This document shows, in pieces, positions 45,777 through 56,464 of a stretch of DNA of 64,000 nucleotides; position 1 is the first letter of the stretch, and every line of letters begins with the position of its first letter. The notes under the pieces are model-generated. The model was not told the DNA's origin. It made no database searches and worked only from the letters and a program-made list of their open reading frames with translations. This DNA comes from Neophaeotheca triangularis (Eukaryota): NCBI GenBank assembly GCA_054600435.1, contig BAAIJX010000018.1, positions 186,001 to 250,000 on the forward strand, read 5' to 3'. The translations under genes were made by a program, and so were the position numbers.

Positions 45777-47755
45777 TCACCCCCTCATAGCCTCCCTAGC
45801 CGCATGTCCAACAAACCCAGCATACTCGCTAAAAAGTATACTCTTCAAAATCTTCTCACCCTCGTGCTCCGTCCACTCACCCGCATTCACCAATTGCTCG
45901 CGCCACCAACTGCGCTGCCCTTCGCTCAGTTCATCCCAATGCTTGGCATCCGTGTCTTTGCTGAGGTACTTGGCCTTGTCGGGGTGCACGTCGACGGTCA
46001 GGCCGAGCCCCTGCTCGTGGCGGACGATGAGGGCTTTTTGCTTGCCGTCGTCGCTTGGGCCCGCGGCATGGTGCTCGCGGAGAAGGGTTAGGAGGCGGCG
46101 ACGGCCTGGGATGTCGGTCGGGAGGGGATTGGGGGGTTGTTGGTGGTGGAGGGGTACATTGTTGGCGAAGATTGAGCCGGGAACTTTGGTTGGGAGGAGG
46201 TTTGTCAGGCCGTATGCTGGAGCGGATTGTGGTGCGATGAAGGGTTGGAGGAGGATGGCGGCGACGAGAACGGCGAGCGAGATGAGGCCGATATTGCCGT
46301 ACCAGGCGAATTTCTCGTCGGTTGGATGGCTGAGGACGTAGCGGCTGCTGGGTTTTTGCGGGTCGAGAGGTTGCAGGGGGAAGGTGTCGACAACGACCGT
46401 GTTGCCGTAGCTTACCGAGGCGAGGCGGATGTACTGAGGGGTTTGGGGAGGAACTTTCTCGGCCTTCGAGTCTCCGTCCTCTGAGATGGAACGCGATGGA
46501 GAGTGGAAAGGCGAGAAGCAGATCTTCGTAATCTGCTGAGGGTGCACGTCGCGCATCGCCAGGTATGGCCGGAAAGGCGAGAAAGTGTCGGTATGCCTGT
46601 TGTAATTGACAGTAAAAACCTCAATACTGATGTCTTGGCCAGCCACAGCCACGGCGATTTGCCGATGTCCATCCTTATCAGCGTCCAACGTGCACACATC
46701 CATGCTCACAGCTTGCTTGAAATGAGAAGGCAGCGTCTTTTGCAAAACCAAAGCCGCCGGACCAGTGGGATAGAGGTGGAAAACCCTCAACTCGGAACCG
46801 CTCCTGTTAGGCTTATTCGCCAAGACTGCTACATTGTGCGCATTCAAGAACCTCAGCGCCCTAAACTTGGGTCTCGCTCGCGAAGCCTCGTTCTCGGCGG
46901 GCGCGGGCGTCTGATATATCCGTCTCGGCCCCTTAGGCGTCTTCTCGACCTTTTTAGTGGTGAAGTCATAAGCGTACAGTTGCTCGTAGATGTCGTAGTC
47001 GGTGCAATAGCAGACACTGAACTCGCTCCGTATGGGTTCCGCAATGTCCAGATCGTTCACCTCTGTTGGGGGCTGCAGCCGAGCAATCACATCTGCCTCA
47101 TCCGGGGCAGTGTTGGTCGCATTGAAAACCACAACCTCCGAGTCCTTGGCTAAACCCGTAGCAATCGCACCAATCCTCTTGCTCCCAGCACTATCCTTTC
47201 GAGCCGGCGAAAGGCGCACAAGCCGCTGGTACGTTTCCGCTTTGGGTCCCGCCTTCGCCTTGAAAAGCGTTCGTTTCCCGAGAGGTGTTACGCTGCCTTC
47301 GCCTCCATCATCCTGCTCCTTCTCCTCTGTCTTCTGCTTCTTACGCGGGGGGTAGTTGATCGCAAACGACCTCAAATGCTCGTTCTTGCCCGCATCCTGA
47401 TCGGCCTGCGACGAGTTGATGCCCGCAAAAGCAATGAGGCCGTCCGGTTTGGCCAAGCTGGCGAGAGACTGCACCGAGTCCTCGTCTCTGGAGAGAGTGA
47501 TGTCGGCGGCGGTCGTGATTTCGCGTCTGTTGGAAACGTCGAGAACGGACTGGAAAGTAGTCAGAAACCAATCGATGGTTGAAGGGCATTTGGTGGACTC
47601 ACAATTTGATTGGGGACGCCGCTGCGACCCTCACCTCCTCCCCCTCCTACTACGAGATAGCCACGGTTGTAGGGGTCGAAGTCCGCGGCGAAGATTGGGT
47701 AACTGAGAGTTGTCTTCGTGTAGGATACCGTTGAGTTGCGATTGCCCGGCGGCAT
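45777..47755 (-). CDS. SEC12: Sar1 guanine nucleotide exchange factor Sec12; exons 47755-47603, 47549-45777 (641 aa)
   Basis: YPIFAADF..VVGGGGGEGRSGVPNQI (K-loop), beta-propeller-like region, single TM ISLAVLVAAILL. Confidence 0.88.
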
Positions 47756-48454
47756 CTTGGGTGGTAGGTAGGCGGTAGAATAGATAGGAACGGACGATAT
47801 TTGTAGAACGAGTCTAGAGCAAAGAGTCTAGTGAAGAATATATCAATAAGTAGCTAGAAGCTAGGAAGTCTGCCTTTTACCTCGTCTACGTTGCTTGAGG
47901 TGCTGTTTCGAAGCATCTGAGCCCACGTGGAGTTCAAAGGGTCGAGTCTGGAACAGCAATGACGATCAATCTCAATGCTTCAGCTTGGCGTCAAAGTACC
48001 ACCTACTACCTCAGAAATAGGACACGAGACCACCAACGTACAATGGAACTGGGCTACGTGGAGTCTCGTCAGTCAGGTAAGACTGCCTTTTTCTGGCAAT
48101 CTACTCGTTCACAAAAGTTCAAGCGGTGGGAAGGGTAGTAACTCGCTCATTGAAACACAAATTTAATTCTACATGCCCGCTCTTTTCCTTTACATGGCTC
48201 GCTAGATGTACAATGCTCTCCATCACACGTCGAAAGCCCATCGTATCCATCCCGGCCATGAAGATCGATCTCACGGCTTCCGACGTGCTGCCCTGAGACA
48301 GCTCTATCAGCGGCTGAAGCAGTCGCAGCTGATGCTGCTTCTGCCAGCACCTCACCATGAGAGCGCCGCGAAGCACTGCGACCTCACCCGAATCATTCCT
48401 CTCAAAGCATATAGGCAATACACATCCCACCCCCTGAAAACGCACGACAACCCC

Positions 48455-49531
48455 TTAACCCCCCACCTTCCTTTCCTCCGCCTCTGCCTCGCCCAACTCC
48501 GTCTGCATGCCCACCATAAGCTTCTCAGCCCTAGAATTCGCACTCGGCGTACTCTGACTCCCACCGAGCGGACCGAAAGCACCCCACCCACCCTTGAAAA
48601 ACTCCTTGTGAACCATACTCTCCATCTCCTGCTCCCTCTGCTTGCCCTCGGACAAATCCTTCCTCCTACCAAATAACTCAAACTTCTCCCCAAGCTTCTC
48701 GGAAATCCGCTCAGCCTCGGCATCCAAATCCTTCGCAACCTCCAAACCCCCGTGTTCCCACACATTCGCCTTCATTCCCACGCCATAGTACTGATACTTT
48801 TGCAAGAACCCAAGCCACAAACTCACCGTCTCCGGATGCCCGTCCTGCACCTGCACCAGCCGCCGCAGCGTCACGCGCTCGAAATTCTCCTGGCTCTTCT
48901 TGTGCACAAAGTTGCTGCGGGGGACCGTGTACCTGTTCGTAATCCGCGGCAGCGGGACGGGGCCCTTGGCAGGCAGACCTAGGAAATAGGCCGCGCGCAT
49001 CGCAAAGTCCGCCATGAATTCCAGGTTGCGCACGCTGTAGCTGCGGATCTGCAGGTCGGCGGCGGGGATGCCATGGGTTGGAGTGCGGCGGAGGGGGGCG
49101 AGGTAGGTGGCTTGCACTGCGCGAGGGAGGCGGAGGTTCTTGAGCTCGGCTTGCACTTCCAGGGGCAGCGTCGTGGTGCTGTCGCGAACGGGCAGCACGG
49201 CGCCTCGCGCATCGGCGGTGATTTTGGACATGACTTCCGGGAAGTCGTCGTAGGCCTCTTCGGAATCTCCTTCTTCAGTGGCCAGTGGGATGGCCGTTTG
49301 CGGGTTGCTGTTGAGTTCGATCGTGGCGGGGCGGTCGCGGTGCCATGGTAGGCGTTGTTGTTGCACGTTGCGGGTTTGGAGGTGGGTGGGTTGACGGGAG
49401 GGGGTAGGGGAGACCTGAAGGGTGGTATTGTCAGGGGCGTCGCTTGTAGCTTCGCACTTTTTTTAAGGCTCTCCTACCTTTAATCTTTTGGCGCAGCTCA
49501 CGAGGGAGCGGGTATACGGGGGTGTCGCCAT
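48455..49531 (-). CDS. RSM10: Mitochondrial ribosomal protein uS10m; exons 49531-49478, 49414-48455 (337 aa)
   Basis: LQIRSYSVRNLEFMADF, GPVPLP, TVPRSNFVHKKSQENFER. Confidence 0.92.
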
Positions 49532-49726
49532 GGCTGGCAATGGTTTGTGATGCACAGTGTCCAGGTCGGAGTCGAAACGACTGCTCATCTCAAGTGCAGC
49601 GGGCGGCGAAAGCGGAAGTGTCGGCTGTGCTTCTGCATTGGCTAAAAGCATTTCACGCTAGTGGCTGGACGAATATATTGGATGTGTTGTGACGCCTGAA
49701 CTTCCCCGATCTTGTCAGATCGGGGG

Positions 49727-49761
49727 ACTCGACGCTCGACACTCGACACTCGACACTCGAC
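49727..49761. repeat. (ACTCGAC)x5 heptamer tandem repeat
   Basis: actcgac gctcgac actcgac actcgac actcgac. Confidence 0.9.
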
Positions 49762-49988
49762 GGATCCAAAGAATACCTTACGTCTCAAACTGTATAGAAA
49801 CCAAAAAAAATCCCAGCAGCGCAAAGCCACTACTGCATCATGACCCATAACCAGCAATCTCGTGTAGTCGCCAAAAGCGTTATCCGAAAAGCCCTACCGA
49901 GCACCGCCCCCCCGGGAACTCCCTACATAGCATCCTTTCGTCCAAAAACAACTCAACACATCCATTTCTCATTGGGCAGATCCCACTC

Positions 49989-51124
49989 CTAATGGGCACC
50001 GTAGCTATCATCCTGTTCGCCCTGATCCTGGTGCTCTGAGCCCGGCTGTGGACGGTACTGTTGCCCCATTTGCTGCTGTTGGGGTGGCTGCTGTTGCTGT
50101 TGTGGGGGTTGTTGGGCGTACATGTGCTGTCAAAGATTAGCGACGGTCTTTGGCAATCTGGACCTGAAAACATCGCTTACCTGCGGCATCTGCTGCATCC
50201 CTCCCATCCCGTACGCGCCAGGGTTGGCGTACATATTCGGATCGAACATCTGCTGTTGCTGCTGCTGCTGCGCTTGCGGATGAGGCTGATTGTACGGCTG
50301 GTTCGGCTGACCGTGCTGTTGCTGTGGCGCGGGGGGAGGGTACATTCCAGTCTGCTGCTGGTACGGCTGCTGCAGTTGCTGCTGTGCATGCTCCATGCCA
50401 GCAAACTGGTCCGGCTGAGCACCCATTTGTTGCTGTTGCTCCTGAACGTTGCCGCCGGCTCCGCCGGACGCGGACGCATCTGGGACCGTGTAAGTGCCGG
50501 GTGTGAATTCTGGGCGGCGCTTGTGCTGCGGTGTCGCGTCCTCACGGGGTACTATATCGATGAGGAAGTCGAACATGTCGCTCTTGGCAAGCGCGTGGGC
50601 AATATCACTGCGTTGCAGCGTGCGGCGCTTGTTCTCCTCGGCATGAATCCAGGCGCGCATCGTGAGTTCTGTGATGAAGATGTCGCAGCCTTTGGCAAAC
50701 AGGATAGGCGCTTCTGCGCTGATCATCTTGACCTCGGGATCTGCTTTCATAACTTTCTTGATACGCGCAAGGGGGAGGTGGTGGAGTTTATAGTCATGCT
50801 CTTCCGTCTCGAGTTTCGTGACTTGGTTCTGCCAGTAGACATTGAGTATATCGCGGTAAGTGCCATTGAGACCTTGTGAGACCTGGAAGACAGCGGGTAT
50901 TAGCATAATCTTCGTCCATATCCAGACCTCCAACGATGACTTACATTCTGCCACTGCCCTGAAAAAGTCTCCGGAGGTGGAGCTTGTCCCTGCGCAGCTA
51001 TATGCGAGCTCGCGCCATAGTGACCTCCATGCGATGCGTCGTACATGGGCTGCCCATCCTTGCCGTCGTATCTTTTAGGCGCATTGGCCGCGGGAGGTGG
51101 TTGTTGACTGTAGCCGGACTGCAT
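49989..51124 (-). CDS. HAP5: CCAAT-binding complex subunit NF-YC (Hap5/HapE); exons 51124-50945, 50882-50181, 50126-49989 (339 aa)
   Basis: [51 protein letters not shown] histone fold; Q-rich tail. Confidence 0.95.
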
Positions 51125-52381
51125 CTTGCTGAGGATCGAAGGAATCTGTCGGCTTGGTCGCGCTCATGCACTGGAGATGGCAATATCGCTGCTGGGTAGC
51201 GATGAAGTCGCGTAGCTCGTCGAAGGCGGCGCGCGTCAATGCTTGAGCTTCGCAGTCAAGCTGTGTTGTATCGAGGTACCTCGTCGCTGTCGTCGTCGAA
51301 GTGGTCAATGGTAGCGCGCGTAGTCGCAATCAATCGATGTCACTCCGAAGCTCGTTCAATCGCGGCGCGGGCGACGACAGACCCCAAGTAAAGTCGAAAA
51401 GTACGGTGAGAGATGTTCACCGATCTGTGCCTGTATGCCGTGTCAGCCGCCTTGATGCGCTTTCCCTCATCGTCGGACAACGCGACGGCGCCGCCATGAT
51501 AGCTGGTGGCTGTCGACGGTTGCTTGGCCGATCGCCTCGAAGGGAAGAGATGGTTGTTGGCGAGCGCGCAGTTTGTTCGTCGTTGACGGCTTGCCGGGGG
51601 AGGGGGGGATAGGCTTACTGGCTTGATATCAGATGGAGTGGTCCTTGGACTATTCTTACTCGTCAGTTCTCACGACGGCGACCGATTGGACAGGCTGGGA
51701 AGGGCGAGCCAGGCGACGCTCTGGCTGGCTGGAGGGCAGTGGAGGCGGGTTTAAGCCTTGGCACTGGCGGGGCGGCCTCAGGCTGAGATTTGGTTGGCAG
51801 AGCACGGTAAGAGAAGAGATACTCGGTATGAAGACAGTTGTAGTGGGATTTGTTCGACAAGCGAAGCGTTCCTTGTCTGTCCTTTTGAGGTTCGAGGCCG
51901 AGTGAGTGTTGCTGGGTGACAGGAAAGCCGTATCGTTCCTTTCTGTCAATTCGACTGTTATTAGAAGGTCTGCAGCTCCTCCACTTTCAGTTCGCTTAGC
52001 CAATTGATGCGCTGGCATTGGCTCTCACTCACCCTACGCCTCACCATTATTATATGTACTTATTTCGCGCCGCAAGAATCTCCAGCGTGATCAGCACACA
52101 GGCTACACGTAACTCTGCATCAACCGTAGGTAGCTTCTAAGCTTGTCCTATAGTTTGTACCACCAAGATCGGGCAACTTGTATCAAAGTATATTCGACAA
52201 CGCATGTTCCCCCGGAGAAGAATAGAAGCTGGCGACCAATCAGATACGCCACCGTCACGACAGCATGGGATTTCAGGCACACACTGTCAGTACGCAGAAC
52301 TACAGCCCTTGCACTACGTTAGCAAAACTGCCACACCTCGTCAGCCCTACCTTCCCACAGGCATCCCATCCCGACTTGATC

Positions 52382-54608
52382 CTACTCATCCTCACCCTTG
52401 CTTTCAAAAGCCGGCAAACGTCCCTGCACCGCCCCCCATTCCTCCCTGCCATCAACCATCCCCTTGATTGCCTCCAAAATCTCCTTCAGGCCCGAGCGAA
52501 CCTGCTTGGTGCTATCGCGATCCCTCAGCGTGAACCCCTTACCTTCCAAACTCTCGTAATCGATGGTGACGCCGAAGGGAATACCCAGCTCGTCGTTGCG
52601 GGAGTAGCGCTTGCCGATGCTGACGCCGCTGGTGTCGACTTTGTAGCTCAGCTTGGCGGCATCGAGCTCTTCCTCGAGTTGCTGGACGAGGGGCGTGAAG
52701 CGGGGGTCCTTTTGCAAGGGCACGAGGAGGACCTTGATCGGTGCGATGGGTGGGGTGAAGGACATGACCTGCGGTGATGTTAGTCGAGTTTGTGGAGGCG
52801 ATGAAGGACATTTTGCAACTTACCGAGCGTGCGGCATCGCCCTCGCGTGTCCAGTAGACGTGCTCCATCAAGCTGTAGAGAATACGCCCGATACCAAATG
52901 AGGGCTCAATGACGTTGGGGATGTACTCGCGCATGGTCTCCATGCGGCTTTCCTTGGTGACGGTGAGAAGGTCCTTGTCGAGCTCCACCTTGCCACTCTC
53001 CATATCGGCAACGTCCACAGACACCTTACCCTCCTTTTCGAGCGAGAGCGATAATTTCTCCTTGACGTCCTCAGCCAGCTCGTCCAATGCTGACTGCACC
53101 TTACCCACATCGCGCTTGAATTTGGGGCCGCTCTTCTTCTTGTCGAGGACGGCCTTCCACTCCTCTACGCGATAGGGCTCCTTCAGCGGCTCCCTCACCT
53201 GTAGTGGCACGCCCGTGTGCTTCATGTGAACGCTCAAGTCGTAAGCGCTGCGGTCCGCGCAGCCGACACACTCGATCCAGCCGTAAGAGTTGAAAAGTTC
53301 GCAGTCCCAGCAGTCGGCGGCGTAATGCGCCATCTCGTTCGCCATGTGCTGTCTGAAACGCAGCTTGTTCATGTCGATACCGATTTTCTTCATGAAGAGC
53401 ATGATGCGTACGAGGAAGTAGCCGAGGGTCTCGTTGTCGACCAATTTGCTGTCAACGGCCTCGCCGATGCTGATGACGTCGGGAGTCGAGCCACCCTCGT
53501 TTTGGGTCTTGCGGGAAAGCAGCGGCAGCTTGACGTCGCGCACCGAGTTGAACTTGGAGTGTTTCTTGCCGGCCTCCGGGTCGACGAAGTGCTCCACTTC
53601 CGCCATCAAGAACTCGCGCACACGTAGCAGGCCAGAGCGTGGCGAAAGCTCGTTGCGGAAGGAGTAACCGATGCTGGCAGAAGCAAAAGGAAGCTGGCCA
53701 TCGCTGAACTCGAGCAGCTTCTGGAAGGAGAGGAACTGTCCTTGGGCGGTTTCGGGGCGGAGGAAGGCGGGCTCTTTGCCAGTGGCACCGATCTGGGTTT
53801 GGAACATCAGGTTCACAGAGACTGGGGGCTCGACTTCGTTGTTGGTGACCGGGTTGCGAATGTCGTGCTTCTTGATCAGAGCACCCATATCGTCGCCAGA
53901 ACAGTCGTCAAGGGTGGCGAGGAGGTGCTCGTACTCTCGCTTCACCGCATCGTCGAGCTTGGTTGCGGTTTTGGCAACCTTGGCTTGCTTCTTCTTCTTT
54001 TTGGGGTCGTCTTCCGCTTCCTCCAACTTCTCACCGCGTGCTTCTCTGTCGCCTCGCAGGCGAGCTTCGATCACATCCTTGATGAGGTGGTCGGAACGGA
54101 GAATCTCGCCAGTCTTGGGGTCCTTGCACATGTAGTCGGCAAACTTGTCAACGTGGCCAGAAGTTTTCAAGACTTCGTAGGGAGTCAACATGGAACACTT
54201 CAAGGCCATCATCTTCTCAGTCCGGATGAAGTGGTCACGCCATATGTTGATGACTTCGGATTCCAGCGTCTCGAGGGGAGGGCCATAGTCGAAGAGACCC
54301 TTGACGGCACCATATGGCTCGAAAGACTGCCAGAGAAAGACCTTTCGGCGGAGTAGAGACTCGAAAGCGGCACGGTCGAAGTCCTGCCCTTTGAGGGTTT
54401 TGTAGTCTGCCATGACTGCAGTGGTACCGGTGTTCCTACTGCGAACGGATGCTAGGGCTCGGCTCCGAGGTGGCAAAGTTGTAAAGGTCCGTAAAGGAGC
54501 AGAAAGAAGTGCTGACGGTCCAAGCCTGTCCAGAGACTTGAGAGTTCGAAGAATGGGGTTTGAAGAAGTGAAGCTTTTGTGAGCAGCTGGAAGTCGGATG
54601 CAGAACAT
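52382..54608 (-). CDS. GRS1: Glycyl-tRNA synthetase; exons 54608-52824, 52768-52382 (723 aa); second ATG at 54413
   Basis: GLFDYGP, LKTSGHVDKF, FLRPETAQG, LLRVREF, IEPSFGIGR, anticodon domain SIGKRYSRNDELG. Confidence 0.97.
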
Positions 54609-54941
54609 TCAATAGCTCAATGACTCAAGCTTGTGATGGCTGCGAGGTGCTTGCGAGTTACAGTGTACTGTATTTGCAATTGATATCTGCAGAGGCTGGT
54701 GGTAGTTGGTGTTTTTTGCAATTCCCCGTGCAATGCAAAACAACAACGAGTGTCGATTCCGACCGTTTCACCCACTTTGAGCCTCTTGTTTCGGATGAAG
54801 TTGCGAGGCAGCCGTAGCTTTCCTCACGCTCGGACCAGCAAATTTTTAGATGCCAAGATTTCTCCTCCTGCATAGCTCGACGTCGAACTTTCACATGCAT
54901 CCATCGTCGGGCTGCTGGCTAGTAGTCCTACGTATGATATT

Positions 54942-54950
54942 TGAAAATTT
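54942..54950 (+). promoter_or_regulatory. RRPE-like element upstream of RPF1
   Basis: TGAAAATTT 55 nt upstream of the RPF1 ATG; a second AAATTTTT near 54841. Confidence 0.45.
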
Positions 54951-55004
54951 ACAACTTCACCAACGAGAGGTGTCTTCCATTTACCAATAGCACAGGCCTT
55001 GAAT

Positions 55005-56306
55005 ATGGCGTTTGGCGATCCCAACAGAGTCGTCAATAAGCAAAAGCGACAGGCGCATGTGCTCAAGGTCAAAAAGGAAAAAGAGAGCCAGAAGCGGGAC
55101 TTGAGGCTGAAAAGGCGTAGAGCAGAGGACAAGAACCCACGCGCCAGGGAGGAAAGAAGAGCGCGTAATGTCCCGGCTACTATCGAATCGAAACGAACAT
55201 GGGACGAGGCCAACAATGGGGAGGAAGCTGCTGGAAGTCTGGGGCTAAGCGTGAATATGATGGATCCCAAGAGGAGGAAAACACAACAGGAGGATGCTGT
55301 AGCCGCCGACATTGCTCCATTGCACGAACTGGAGGATACCGAGCTCCCAAATGAGGACGATGACGGTGAGGGCGTTGAGCAAGATCAGGATGGTGCCGCC
55401 AAAGATGAAGAGGACGACGACCTCGACAGCATGCTTGGGTCGGATTCAGACGAGGATGAAGAATCTGGGGAAGAGGCATCCGCCGCAGCCAAAGACAAAC
55501 CCAAACCTCCGGATCCTGCTCCAAGCGAGGTAGGCTCAGTAGCCACTGACCTTACAGTCACGCCCGACGCCCTCAAATCCCGTTTCCCCTCCCTTTTCGC
55601 TTCCTCCGAAGACACCGAGCCCAAGGTCTTGATCACGACCTCCATAAATAGCGTCCTTCACCACGAAGCCGAGCTTTTAACCCGCCTCTTCCCCAACAGC
55701 ACCTACATCCGCCGCACCGCCCACTTCCACAGCTACAAGTACAGCGTCCGCGAAATCGCCAAGTTCGCCGCCGCTCGCAACTACACCACCCTCGCAGTCC
55801 TCACCGAAGACCGTAAAAAGCCCAAAGGCCTTGACATCGTGCACCTCCCCGACGGACCCATGTTCCACTTCAGCATCAGCAACTGGATCGAGGGCGCCAA
55901 AATCCCCGGCCACGGCAACCCCACCGACCACTTTCCTGAGCTTATCCTTAATGGTTTCCGCACCCCGCTCGGTCTGCTCACAGCACAGCTCTTCAAATCC
56001 ATCTTCCCCTCTCGACCAGAAATCTTCGGCAGACAGGTCGTCACCTTGCACAACCAACGCGATTACATCTTCCTCCGCCGGCACCGGTACGTTTTTAGGG
56101 ATAAGCGGGGCACGGAGAAGAGTATCCAAGGTGCAGACGGCAAACCGGTCAAAGGCGTCGAGGACATACGGGCGGGCTTACAAGAATTGGGCCCCCGGTT
56201 CACGCTCAAGTTGAGGAGAGTAGATAAAGGGGTGCAAAGGGCGAGTGGGCAGGAATGGGAGTGGAACGCCGGTGACGAGAAGGTTCGCACGAGGTTTAGC
56301 ATTTGA
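55005..56306 (+). CDS. RPF1: Ribosome production factor 1 (Brix domain)
   Basis: PKVLITTS, HLPDGP, PELILNGFRTPLG, QVVTLHNQRDYIF, LQELGPRFTLKL. Confidence 0.93.
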   Translation: MAFGDPNRVVNKQKRQAHVLKVKKEKESQKRDLRLKRRRAEDKNPRAREERRARNVPATIESKRTWDEANNGEEAAGSLGLSVNMMDPKRRKTQQEDAVAADIAPLHELEDTELPNEDDDGEGVEQDQDGAAKDEEDDDLDSMLGSDSDEDEESGEEASAAAKDKPKPPDPAPSEVGSVATDLTVTPDALKSRFPSLFASSEDTEPKVLITTSINSVLHHEAELLTRLFPNSTYIRRTAHFHSYKYSVREIAKFAAARNYTTLAVLTEDRKKPKGLDIVHLPDGPMFHFSISNWIEGAKIPGHGNPTDHFPELILNGFRTPLGLLTAQLFKSIFPSRPEIFGRQVVTLHNQRDYIFLRRHRYVFRDKRGTEKSIQGADGKPVKGVEDIRAGLQELGPRFTLKLRRVDKGVQRASGQEWEWNAGDEKVRTRFSI

Positions 56307-56464
56307 GAGGCATGTACGAGTATCACGCGTTGTGGGCAGCGTTTCTGGTAACTTTGCGGCAGGCGTTTCAGTCTACTGTCTGGCATCGACTGTTCTTCGT
56401 GCTACATCCGCTATACATACAACCGTTCAAAGGGCCTCCCCATCACGAACAAGTCACGGCTCCC

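Noticed and set aside
50061..50879. Long antisense ORFs (also 1011-1679, 24553-25269, 45586-46341, 53742-54356, 56705-57472)
   Set aside because: Shadow frames of real genes with biased codon usage; no independent motifs.
52539..52823. Alternative GRS1 C-terminus by intron retention (689-aa track ORF)
   Set aside because: The off-frame tail would lose the anticodon-binding domain; the open frame is explained by GC-rich codon bias.
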